Source: a virus. From it: DNA of 64,000 nucleotides. Each line of letters starts with the position of its first letter. Position 1 is the stretch's first letter. A program made the translations under genes and the position numbers. The notes under the pieces were generated by a model, which was given only the letters and a program-made list of their open reading frames with translations, searched no databases and had not been told where the DNA came from. Below are positions 20,347 to 28,542 of the stretch, piece by piece. The stretch lies in the IMG/VR virus record IMGVR_UViG_3300040771_000047, positions 593 through 64,592 of that record. One strand, given 5' to 3'.

Positions 20347-20559
20347 CTACTTTCTTTTATTTTTCTTAGGTATTAAATGTGACATAGGATTTCTATGTTT
20401 CTTTTTATCTGTATCTTGTTTCTTATCTGGACCCTCAACATAAGATTGTTCATCTTCTTCAACTTTACCGAAAAAAGCTTGTCTCTCTAACTCTCTCATA
20501 AAATTTCTTTCTTCTCCATCAAGAAAAGATTGGTCAGCAAGTATATTATTCTTTTGCAT
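20347..20559 (-). CDS. Hypothetical protein
   Basis: 70 aa, basic C-terminus, compact operon spacing. Confidence 0.5.
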   Translation of the reverse strand: MQKNNILADQSFLDGEERNFMRELERQAFFGKVEEDEQSYVEGPDKKQDTDKKKHRNPMSHLIPKKNKRK

Positions 20560-20560
20560 A

Positions 20561-20863
20561 CTATCTAGTTTTAATTCCTTCTATTGTTAATATATCTTTA
20601 CTACCATCTTTGTAAGTAATATCAATAGTTTTAAAAACTCTTTGGTTACCTTGAATGTGATTAGGAATTTCTCCTGCATCAAACCTTACTTTAAGTAGTC
20701 TAGTATTAGGGTCATACTTTACTTTAGTACATCCACAACTGGCTCTTACCTCTGTTACTTCAGGTATTCTAATTGTACCTTGAAATTCAAAATCCCTAGA
20801 ACCATTTCTTTTAATTGTCCCAAAGTCTACTTTTTTACTCTGCCAATAGTCTGTCATAATCAT
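20561..20863 (-). CDS. DUF1573-like Ig-fold protein
   Basis: VDFGTIK...VRASCGCT...KTIDITY is the Bacteroidota DUF1573 pattern. Confidence 0.7.
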   Translation of the reverse strand: MIMTDYWQSKKVDFGTIKRNGSRDFEFQGTIRIPEVTEVRASCGCTKVKYDPNTRLLKVRFDAGEIPNHIQGNQRVFKTIDITYKDGSKDILTIEGIKTR

Positions 20864-21155
20864 TAATTTTTAAATTGATTTGAAATATTTTCCACTCTTT
20901 TTTATTCATCATTTTAGGGTAACACTCCCCAACACAAGCTTTATTTGCCATTTGTAATGCAGTAGTATCACAACCACATTTGATACAACTTCCTTCAAGA
21001 TAACAATCTAAGTTCATTACAGAGATTCTCCATTGTATCTGTTCAAAGATATGGTTTCTTATTAAGAACTGAAGCTTTACGTTATAAAAAAGTTTATACC
21101 TGTATTTCCCTATTATGTAAGCAAGCACATCATTGGGAGTTCTTTTGTGTTTCAT
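20835..21155 (-). CDS. Cys-rich hypothetical protein
   Basis: CYLEGSCIKCGC...ANKACVGECYP cluster. Confidence 0.55.
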   Translation of the reverse strand: MKHKRTPNDVLAYIIGKYRYKLFYNVKLQFLIRNHIFEQIQWRISVMNLDCYLEGSCIKCGCDTTALQMANKACVGECYPKMMNKKEWKIFQINLKINDYDRLLAE

Positions 21156-21442
21156 CTTTCTTTAGGTTTTACTGTATATGTTTTACCCCCCATAGTATTG
21201 TCCACAGCTTCCCATTCAGGGTTTACCTCAACTTGACGGCCTGAGTACTCTACAGAGAATTGTTCTTCTATAAAACCTATATCTTTATAGTAGTATTTGA
21301 GAAAATCTTTATTAGTAAGGTATTGCCCTTCTTTAAATACCGGCATGTCAACATAACCATTGTTACAACAAGTTTGGATGTGCATTACCATTCCATTAGA
21401 ATTATGACAACTACAAGTACATCTAATTTTATATGTCTCCAT
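21152..21442 (-). CDS. Hypothetical protein (Cys/His N-terminus)
   Basis: CTCSCH...HIQTCC; overlapping start/stop with neighbours. Confidence 0.5.
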   Translation of the reverse strand: METYKIRCTCSCHNSNGMVMHIQTCCNNGYVDMPVFKEGQYLTNKDFLKYYYKDIGFIEEQFSVEYSGRQVEVNPEWEAVDNTMGGKTYTVKPKER

Positions 21443-21743
21443 GTTTTTTTAAGTATTTATCAATTATTGCTTTCTTTTCAAAGTAAGTTTTAGCGGACAG
21501 AGTTAAACTCTTGAATTGTTCTTCCATTCTAATAAGCACAAACTTTATCCTATTAGGATAAGTAAGAAATGTACCAAAAAACTTAAGCCTTATAGTCTTT
21601 AATTCCCCACTTTCCATTTCTTTTCTTACAAATAAGAAAGGAGTATTACAACATAGTTTCATATCCTCTAAACTAATACCAGGATATAAATGCTTGTTAA
21701 GTTCATAAAACTCTTCTACTAATTCTTGATTACTTATTATCAT
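21429..21743 (-). CDS. HU/IHF-like DNA-binding protein
   Basis: Two helices then IRLKFFGTF, the IHF/HU arm-base motif. Confidence 0.55.
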   Translation of the reverse strand: MIISNQELVEEFYELNKHLYPGISLEDMKLCCNTPFLFVRKEMESGELKTIRLKFFGTFLTYPNRIKFVLIRMEEQFKSLTLSAKTYFEKKAIIDKYLKKHGDI

Positions 21744-21942
21744 TTATAAATTGTTTTATATCTAATTTATTTGCATCTACTATCTTTATATCTTGTTTAG
21801 TTTCCCCTAATAAATAAGGCTTATCCCCATTTTTACTAGAGTCATAAAGGAGTATTCCTTTTTCTACAGCAAAAGTAATAAGATTTTCTAAAGTTGTATC
21901 ACTACCAAAATCAGGTGTAGATGTTATGTCGTATATTATCAT
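21730..21942 (-). CDS. Hypothetical protein
   Basis: 70 aa, coupled to neighbours. Confidence 0.5.
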   Translation of the reverse strand: MIIYDITSTPDFGSDTTLENLITFAVEKGILLYDSSKNGDKPYLLGETKQDIKIVDANKLDIKQFINDNK

Positions 21943-22289
21943 TTCTTTATGATTTTAAATTGATAAAATTGTTGATTTTCTTCAGGAAATAGATAAGTGA
22001 GTATACTAAGATTACCATCTAGGTTTTCTTTAATGGCCCCCTTATTCTTAAGGTTAGTCAAGTGATTAGATAAGCCACCATCAGACATCTTAAGACCTGT
22101 CTTAACTTCTTTTCTAAAGGTAGTTCCGAATCTATCTTTCTGTGCTAACTCACCCTTTAAAGCCATAAAAGCAGCCAATACTTCAACTTCTTTAGGAGTT
22201 AAATTTACTGGTAAAAAGGGATTAATAATATTTAAATGTGATATGTTATAATCAATTTCACTCAAATCTTCTATAGCTCTTTGTATCAT
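21939..22289 (-). CDS. Winged-helix DNA-binding protein
   Basis: LTPKEVEVLAAF...KMSDGGLSNHLTNLKNKGAIK wHTH pattern. Confidence 0.6.
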   Translation of the reverse strand: MIQRAIEDLSEIDYNISHLNIINPFLPVNLTPKEVEVLAAFMALKGELAQKDRFGTTFRKEVKTGLKMSDGGLSNHLTNLKNKGAIKENLDGNLSILTYLFPEENQQFYQFKIIKK

Positions 22290-22552
22290 TATATCTTTTT
22301 TAAAGGTTGAACATTACCTAGAGCATCTATAACGTATCTTCCCTCAAAAGGATACTTTAGTTTAGCTACTTCTATATCAGCTTGCTTATCATCTTCAGTG
22401 TAGTCTCTACCTTCTGCCCTAGCTTGCTTTTTCATTTCACACCAATAGTCAGTAAGTAACTCTCTCCTACCCTTATAAGTATTCCCAGAAGGTTCTGCAA
22501 AATTATCACTAGTGTTTACTGGCATTACTATTTTTTCATTACTCTCTTCCAT
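22289..22552 (-). CDS. Hypothetical protein
   Basis: 87 aa ORF in operon. Confidence 0.5.
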   Translation of the reverse strand: MEESNEKIVMPVNTSDNFAEPSGNTYKGRRELLTDYWCEMKKQARAEGRDYTEDDKQADIEVAKLKYPFEGRYVIDALGNVQPLKKI

Positions 22553-22715
22553 TTTTTAATTTTTTAACAATTACTATTTCTTTTTCTTTAACTTGACCAA
22601 GTATACCTTTACCTGGATTCTCTTTAATCTCAACAGCTTTTACGGCTTCAATAAACTCTTCCATACTAGAGAACCTTGCACTATGTTTTTTATTACTATG
22701 GTGGAAATTTTTCAT
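22539..22715 (-). CDS. Hypothetical protein (58 aa, below ORF-track cutoff)
   Basis: MKNFHHSNKKHSARFSSMEEFIEAVK...GRE*; stop overlaps next start; TAACTTTG promoter element at 22739-22746. Confidence 0.5.
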   Translation of the reverse strand: MKNFHHSNKKHSARFSSMEEFIEAVKAVEIKENPGKGILGQVKEKEIVIVKKLKNGRE

Positions 22716-22794
22716 ATACCTTAAAGATTAATCTGAAGCAAAGTTAAGAATAATATTTAAAGAAAAGCTATTATGAAAAATAAAATTTTATCTA

Positions 22795-22834
22795 CAAAAG
22801 AAAACCCTAGACTACTGGCGAGATAGCTAGGGTT
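22795..22834 (-). terminator. Intrinsic terminator
   Basis: AACCCTAG/CTAGGGTT stem (22803-10, 22827-34) followed on minus by TTTTCTTTT. Confidence 0.6.
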
Positions 22835-22870
22835 ATACAATAAGACATTTTGTATGTGAGAACTACAAAG

Positions 22871-23233
22871 TTACTCTTTTTTATTTACATCATCCTTTTT
22901 AGGAAAACCTTTTTTAGATGTTTTAACTTCCACAGGTTCTACTACATTAATATTATCTGTTGCTATCTTATCTTTAGGTTCATCTTTTACAATAACCTCA
23001 TCAAAATCTTTTTCAAACTTTTCCTTCTTATACACAAAATTTTCACCATTTTCTACAGTTACGTAGTCAGTTTCTTTTAATCTCCAGTACCCTTTCTCAG
23101 AAGAACCTGGGAACTTAGCTAAGTAAACATTGCCTTCTTCTTGAAGTAAATCCTTCTTTGCTACTAAACCTTTCAATACATTAATATCTCCTAGATACTG
23201 TACTGCTTGCACAATCTTTACATAATTCTTCAT
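22871..23233 (-). CDS. Hypothetical phage protein
   Basis: 120 aa; W.LKETDYV...G..F.YK.E.FEKDF resembles a common small phage beta-barrel family; TATCTTTG promoter element at 23267-23274. Confidence 0.55.
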   Translation of the reverse strand: MKNYVKIVQAVQYLGDINVLKGLVAKKDLLQEEGNVYLAKFPGSSEKGYWRLKETDYVTVENGENFVYKKEKFEKDFDEVIVKDEPKDKIATDNINVVEPVEVKTSKKGFPKKDDVNKKE

Positions 23234-23619
23234 AGCTTATCTTTTTAAATTTAACATGTTAGGTAACAAAGATATAGTAATGAAGTTTAGTGTAAAAATT
23301 ATTTTGGAAAAATTTTTTGGTAGAAATTTATTGAGAGTGTAGACTACCTTGAGACAAAACCCTCACCTATTCTGAGCAAGTATAAGTCCCCTCCCATGCT
23401 TACATGGAAAGCTTATTTCTTGGCGTAATATATATTATGTATATCTTACTTGATGTTACAACTAGTACTTGTTACAGTTGACCTGTTGATACTTAGGACA
23501 CTTGATTGTTGTACCTATCATCTTCATGTTCAACTGTACTGCTTGTTGTACTCAGAACCTTCACTCATTGTTACATATCATAATGATATGTACTACTAAC
23601 TAATTTAATACCTATTGTT

Positions 23620-23739
23620 ATGTTCACACTTATCACATTCGTTGGTCAAAAGCATAAAAGACCATTGCTTATTGCATGCCTTACAGTATACATGGATTTT
23701 GTATTCGCTGCCCTTGTGTTAGTGGTTATACGCCACTAA
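23620..23739 (+). CDS. Small hydrophobic protein (39 aa)
   Basis: MFTLITFVGQKHKRPLLIACLTVYMDFVFAALVLVVIRH*, between two motif copies. Confidence 0.4.
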   Translation: MFTLITFVGQKHKRPLLIACLTVYMDFVFAALVLVVIRH

Positions 23740-23781
23740 CAAAACCTTCACTCATTAATACTAACCTTAATACCTATTATC

Positions 23782-24012
23782 ATGTTAAAGAACATCATTA
23801 TCATCTTGTCTGTTATCCTAAACCTTGTGTTTATACCTGCATTCATTGTAGACTATACTGCACAAGAAGAAGAAGAAAATCCTATTCAATACTCATTCGT
23901 ATGGAATGATGATGAAGAGTCAATACCTCAAGAAGGTAGCTCTGTCATCATTGAAGAGATTAGTAGTGACACTATATGGTTAACTACCGTAGAAGCTTCA
24001 CGTACACAATAA
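23782..24012 (+). CDS. Membrane-anchored acidic protein
   Basis: N-terminal TM helix then acidic domain; follows a motif copy. Confidence 0.55.
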   Translation: MLKNIIIILSVILNLVFIPAFIVDYTAQEEEENPIQYSFVWNDDEESIPQEGSSVIIEEISSDTIWLTTVEASRTQ

Positions 24013-24151
24013 CCTAATACCTAATGCAACTAACGTTGTATTGGGTATTATAACGCTGAGCTATCAGCACAAAACCCTCACCTATTTATAGCAATGAATA
24101 ATCATTGTCAACAAAAGCCCAGCTCGGGATTACAATAGAGCTCAACATATT

Positions 24152-24418
24152 ATGTCTACTCCAAGAAACACTAACGTTACATTTCTTACGGTTACTGAAT
24201 TTAAAGCTCAAATGGGTTTAGACAATGTCAAATTAGACGTTGTACGTTCTCCCTTGACAAACAAACTGTTTGTTGCTATCGGAAATTCAAACTTCAAATG
24301 CCAGCAGGACATAGATGGTGGAAAAGAAATGAAATTCCTCATCGAAAATGCAGATTACGGTAACGCATGTCTTACCAACGTGAAGGAAACTGCAAACAAC
24401 GTGTTATTCTCTTTGTAG
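24152..24418 (+). CDS. Early protein, paralog A of tandem pair
   Basis: 88 aa; near-identical blocks DVVRSPLTNKLF, NFKCQQDID, NACLTNVKET, NNVLFSL shared with 24648..24920. Confidence 0.8.
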   Translation: MSTPRNTNVTFLTVTEFKAQMGLDNVKLDVVRSPLTNKLFVAIGNSNFKCQQDIDGGKEMKFLIENADYGNACLTNVKETANNVLFSL

Positions 24419-24475
24419 AATAGCATTGTAAAGATACACTGTAGAAATACAGTGTGTCAATACATCATAGAATAT

Positions 24476-24524
24476 TATACCTGTTCACATTGTAGAGATA
24501 CATTGTGGATAGGTATACTTTTTT
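24476..24524 (+). terminator. Intrinsic terminator after paralog A (second of two hairpins)
   Basis: TATACCTGTTCAC/GTGGATAGGTATA stem then T-run; another hairpin GATACACTGTA-GAAA-TACAGTGTGTC at 24433-24458. Confidence 0.65.
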
Positions 24525-24647
24525 AAAGGCTTATTACCGTATAATGTGTAAAAGTTTAAAATTTAGACTCAAAACCCTCACTTATTAGGAGTATAATTAA
24601 ATACTTAAAAAAGCCTAGCTCGGGCATATAGCAGAGCCACCTATATT

Positions 24648-24920
24648 ATGACAACTTCAACTCCCAAATCAGCGAATGTAAGTTTCTTGACTATCAATGA
24701 GTTCAAAGCTAAGCTTAACTTGGACAATGTTAAAGCAGACGTGGTAAGAAGTCCGCTTACAAACAAGTTATTCCTAGCAATAGGAACCAGTAACTTCAAA
24801 TGCCAACAAGACATTGACTCCACTAAGGAGATGAAAATGCTGATAGAGAATGGCGACTATGATAATGCCTGCTTAACCAATGTTAAGGAGACTAGTAACA
24901 ATGTGTTATTTAGTCTGTAA
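24648..24920 (+). CDS. Early protein, paralog B of tandem pair
   Basis: 90 aa; see paralog A. Confidence 0.8.
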   Translation: MTTSTPKSANVSFLTINEFKAKLNLDNVKADVVRSPLTNKLFLAIGTSNFKCQQDIDSTKEMKMLIENGDYDNACLTNVKETSNNVLFSL

Positions 24921-24932
24921 CACATTACCCAG

Positions 24933-24980
24933 GAATAACGTATACATTATGTGCAAACATAGTGTATACGTATTCTTTTT
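24933..24980 (+). terminator. Intrinsic terminator after paralog B
   Basis: CGTATACATTATG/CATAGTGTATACG stem then ATTCTTTTT. Confidence 0.65.
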
Positions 24981-25262
24981 AATGGCTTATTAACGGATAA
25001 TGCATAAAAGTTTAATTAGGTTTATAGTTATTTTTATTGTAAGGCTTCCTCTCAAAACCCTCACTCATTTGGAGTATTATTATCTTGGAATATATGTCAT
25101 AAAGTCAATGAGAGTCACGGTTACAGCGTGTTCTACAACACAACACCCACTATTCAGCACATATTCCATATTACCTATTTAATAAACATTATCATAATAG
25201 CTTAAATCTAAATACCACAATAGACTACAAACTATTTACTAACCCTTAATACCTAAATACGC

Positions 25263-25679
25263 ATGAAAACATATAAAGGGTTAATTACCCAATTAGATGA
25301 CAATTCCATATTTGTCTTTGGTTCTAATACTCAAGGTAGACATGGTAAAGGTGCAGCATTAATAGCTAGACAAAAGTTTGGAGCTATTTATGGACAATCT
25401 GTAGGAATACAGGGTAACTCCTATGCAATATGCACTAAAGATTTAACTAAGTCAGTTCATCCTTCTGTGTCTACTAGAGACATTATAGGACAGATAACAC
25501 TGTTATACTCTTTTGCTAAGGCAATGCCAAGATTAACATTCTACGTTGCATACAGTGGACAAGGTGTAAACTTAAATGGTTACACTCCGTTAGAAATGGC
25601 TAATATGTTTGGACATAAAGATATACCAGACAATGTAATATTTGAAGAATACTTCAGTAAGATAATACCAATAATATAA
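25263..25679 (+). CDS. A1S_2505-family phage protein (macrodomain-like, tentative)
   Basis: IFVFGSNTQGRHGKGAALIARQKFGAIYG...G.QGNSYAI.TK signature. Confidence 0.7.
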   Translation: MKTYKGLITQLDDNSIFVFGSNTQGRHGKGAALIARQKFGAIYGQSVGIQGNSYAICTKDLTKSVHPSVSTRDIIGQITLLYSFAKAMPRLTFYVAYSGQGVNLNGYTPLEMANMFGHKDIPDNVIFEEYFSKIIPII

Positions 25680-25697
25680 ATCAAAATTTAGATAACC

Positions 25698-25904
25698 ATG
25701 AATATTCCAATATCACACTATGCTCCTTATGTAGTATTCGCAATATTACTTTATGCTTTTATGTACTATGCAGTTTTTACTACAAAGTCTACCAGATGGC
25801 GTAATAATTATGACGATACAGTGTTATTTAAGTTCTTAGCATTTTTTGTCTCTATGACATGTACTGCAATACTTTACGTAAATGACATTACTATTACATG
25901 GTAA
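25698..25904 (+). CDS. Small two-TM membrane protein
   Basis: Two hydrophobic segments. Confidence 0.55.
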   Translation: MNIPISHYAPYVVFAILLYAFMYYAVFTTKSTRWRNNYDDTVLFKFLAFFVSMTCTAILYVNDITITW

Positions 25905-26188
25905 AATAATTAAAAACAATTTATATTACAAATGCAATGTTATTATCTACACTCCATAGTAGTTTATAGTCCAATAACAACAAGATAGCATAAGGATGTA
26001 AATTGTTTTATCTTTACAATATAGCTTAACTAGTAATATAATCTGCATCATAGTGTGCAGGACAAACAAGTAGTCATAATTCCGTCTGGGTACGGTCAGG
26101 GATAACATTTTGTATTATTAGGGAAGTTATATTATTACATTTACAATTAAAACAAACAATTAAAACCAACCCACTAAAACATATTACC

Positions 26189-26278
26189 ATGAAAACATAC
26201 ATCAAATATTGGTTCTCAATTTTTATGAAAGAACTACGTGAAACAGGTGCTAATGCTTCTTATGCTATCCATAGATAA
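26189..26278 (+). CDS. Small protein (29 aa)
   Basis: MKTYIKYWFSIFMKELRETGANASYAIHR*, A-rich leader typical of Bacteroidota translation starts. Confidence 0.35.
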   Translation: MKTYIKYWFSIFMKELRETGANASYAIHR

Positions 26279-26280
26279 AT

Positions 26281-26364
26281 ATGAAAGCTAAAACACACTA
26301 CAGAATAGGCTTGTTTATAATAAGCTTATTCTTTATTTCTACAGTACTATTAATCAACCTTTAA
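26281..26364 (+). CDS. Small membrane peptide (27 aa)
   Basis: MKAKTHYRIGLFIISLFFISTVLLINL*, 2 nt after the previous stop. Confidence 0.4.
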   Translation: MKAKTHYRIGLFIISLFFISTVLLINL

Positions 26365-26376
26365 TTCATCTTTGTT

Positions 26377-26586
26377 ATGAGTAAAAAACCTAAAACCTAT
26401 TCAGATTCTAAGCAAACTATGTGGGAAACATGGTTTGTTATATCCATTGTTATTGTATTTGCTTACTTATGTGTAGGTGTTATGACAGGTTCAGCAGAAC
26501 AATTCCCTAATTGGGATATCTTTGCTATACTTGCAATAGTTAATTTACTAGTATGTCTTTATAAAGGTAGTACAATAAAACATTAA
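26377..26586 (+). CDS. Small two-TM membrane protein
   Basis: Two hydrophobic helices. Confidence 0.55.
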   Translation: MSKKPKTYSDSKQTMWETWFVISIVIVFAYLCVGVMTGSAEQFPNWDIFAILAIVNLLVCLYKGSTIKH

Positions 26587-26588
26587 TT

Positions 26589-26738
26589 ATGAAGAAAGCA
26601 ACTTATGATGTAACTCTTAATGGAATTACAGTTGTAGTCAAAGCAAGAGATAGATTTGAAGCTTTACTTAAAGCTGAAATTAAAGTAGCTATAATATTAA
26701 ACAACAACAAAGTAAAAAGCTCTACACCTGACTCTTAA
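26589..26738 (+). CDS. Small protein (49 aa)
   Basis: MKKATYDVTLNGITVVVKARDRFEALLKAE...; 2 nt after the previous stop. Confidence 0.5.
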   Translation: MKKATYDVTLNGITVVVKARDRFEALLKAEIKVAIILNNNKVKSSTPDS

Positions 26739-26759
26739 CTGAGAGGGTAAATAGTATAT

Positions 26760-27235
26760 ATAGAATGCTAGTGAAGTCTAGAAGTTGTTGTTTATAAAGT
26801 GGACTAAACATTGAAAACCACTATAAAAATTGGATACTATCAGTAATGGTAGATGTGTAGCGTCCTTGAGAAAGATGTGGTACATCTCAGTAAGAAACAC
26901 TGACTACACAAATGAGCCAATATCCGTGAGGACTTGGGTTATTTATACTTAATGAAGTGGCTCAATAAAACCGAGAGCCTTGAAAACTGTTAGTCATACA
27001 GGATGTAGGATAGATTCCTTTAAATAACTTGAATAAGAGCATTAAGCAACCGGACTTAAGTATAAATAATTTCTCAGCAAAAGAAGTAAACTGTTTGAAG
27101 CCTGCTAATCAGAAAGGAATGGACAGGCAAATAGTCAAAACTCAAACCCGTTAACCGTTTACTGACCCTACTCTTATACATGACAGATGAAAATCGTTGT
27201 CTTAGGGCATAGTGTATAAGAAAGAGGGTGCTAAT
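26760..27235 (+). ncRNA. Putative large structured non-coding RNA, family unassigned
   Basis: ORF-free ~500 nt with many nested stems, GNRA tetraloops (GTGA, GAAA) and a perfect 14-bp long-range pairing (26939-52 with 27056-69). Ends approximate. Confidence 0.65.
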
Positions 27236-27311
27236 ATATTTTTGCGAGTAAATATAATGATAAGTGCCACTACAAAGTGGATTTTTATTAACAATCTTAA
27301 AAACAAATGTT

Positions 27312-27995
27312 ATGAAAGAGCAGTTTAAAAGAGTACAGGTAATTATGTTACCAATGATAAATAGTATTGGTAAAGTAGGTATTTACTTATATGAAGGACA
27401 TTTAGGGTATAATGATAGAAAGGTGGTTAGTACAGATGCTCTTACACAACATCTTTACATTATTTCGGATGAAGAAATTAAGGAAAGTGATTGGTATTAT
27501 GATTTATATTTTAAAGAAGTGTTTCAATGTAGAAATTTGAAATATACTGAAGAACATAAAAGAATACATAAAAAGATTATAGCTACAACAGATAGTTCTC
27601 TGCTCTACACTGAACAAAGGACTGAAAGAGGAAATTTTGAAAACTTACCTTTTGAAGAAGGTATACATAAAGCTAATTTTAAGCCTACTTATATCTCTAG
27701 ACCATCACAACAGTTTATTGAAAAGTACATTGAGGCCTATAATAAGGGAGAGATTATCACGGATGTGTTAGTGGAGTATCATTCTATCATAAATACTAGA
27801 AATCACACTGAAAGGTATCAAGTTCAAACTTTAAAGATGAACCCTAGAGACAACACTATTACAATTAAGAAATTAAAAGATAGTTGGAGTAGAGAAGAGG
27901 TTTTTGACTTAATGAAAAAGTCCCTTCAAAAAGGTTTTAATAGAGACATTTTAGCATGGGACCAATTAGAAATTTGGATTAAAGAGAAATTATAA
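27312..27995 (+). CDS. Hypothetical phage protein
   Basis: Long ORF; ATG 27312 preferred over the GTG at 27264; QHLYIISDEEIKE.DW and KIIATTD..L motifs recall a common Bacteroidota phage family. Confidence 0.65.
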   Translation: MKEQFKRVQVIMLPMINSIGKVGIYLYEGHLGYNDRKVVSTDALTQHLYIISDEEIKESDWYYDLYFKEVFQCRNLKYTEEHKRIHKKIIATTDSSLLYTEQRTERGNFENLPFEEGIHKANFKPTYISRPSQQFIEKYIEAYNKGEIITDVLVEYHSIINTRNHTERYQVQTLKMNPRDNTITIKKLKDSWSREEVFDLMKKSLQKGFNRDILAWDQLEIWIKEKL

Positions 27996-28016
27996 ACAAG
28001 TATACCCCAAATAAAA

Positions 28017-28529
28017 ATGAAAAAAGACCATTTAATATCAATTGAAAAAGAGTTAGCTTTAATAGAAAGCATATCTAATACTGTTTTAAGTTATGGACTT
28101 AATGCAAGTAATACCACAGTAGTCACAGTATCTGCAGACTATTCTAGTATTGTTGGTCAAATTATTAGGCACAATTTATCCTTTGAGGGTGAAGTTGCAG
28201 ATGGTTTTTCAGTAGACGTGCCATACCCTGACCAAGTTTGGGACGAAAACTTTGTGTACGACTTAAGTTATATTTTGTCATTACAGTACAACAGGTTTAA
28301 AGGTAGTACTTTGCTTTTAGTGGAAGCTGGAGTTATACGTGGAGGTAATTATAAATTCCTTACGGAGTGGATTGCTGAACATTACCCTGATGTAAAAGTT
28401 AAAACTCTAACTTTATTTGAAAATGTTCACAGTGCTTTTAAGAGTGACTTTGTAGGAGAGTTTTATGATGACAAGACACAAGACTTAACATTTAGCTGGG
28501 AGAAATTTAATAATCATTGGAATAAATAA
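28017..28529 (+). CDS. Type I phosphoribosyltransferase-like protein
   Basis: LLLVEAGVIRGGN is a variant PRPP-binding loop (normally VDD...TG.T); alpha/beta pattern fits. Confidence 0.55.
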   Translation: MKKDHLISIEKELALIESISNTVLSYGLNASNTTVVTVSADYSSIVGQIIRHNLSFEGEVADGFSVDVPYPDQVWDENFVYDLSYILSLQYNRFKGSTLLLVEAGVIRGGNYKFLTEWIAEHYPDVKVKTLTLFENVHSAFKSDFVGEFYDDKTQDLTFSWEKFNNHWNK

Positions 28530-28542
28530 TTGCTTTTAGTTT

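Larger units (their letters stand above)
23355..25069 (+). promoter_or_regulatory. Cluster of six 17-bp direct-repeat motifs CAAAACC(C/T)TCAC(C/T)(T/C)ATT, candidate phage early promoters
   Basis: Copies at about 23355, 23554 (AGAACCTTCACTCATT), 23740, 24070, 24570 and 25053, all intergenic, same strand, each upstream of a small ORF. Confidence 0.7.

Noticed and set aside
23355-25069. 17-bp repeats as a CRISPR or mini-array
   Set aside because: Spacing is 186-500 bp and irregular, intervals contain ORFs and terminators, repeat is short and non-palindromic.
26770-27060. RNase P RNA (GTGAAGTCTAG ... GGATAGATT ... CAACCGGACTTA resemble CR-I, CR-IV, CR-V)
   Set aside because: The P4-like pairing lacks the universally bulged U, and the 14-bp long-range helix competes for the same bases; only a covariance-model search could revive it.
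26900-27137. Group I intron core (TGACTA / TAGTCA as P7)
   Set aside because: No interrupted gene on either side, no bulged base in the P7-like helix, J8/7 too short, no convincing P4-P6 consensus.
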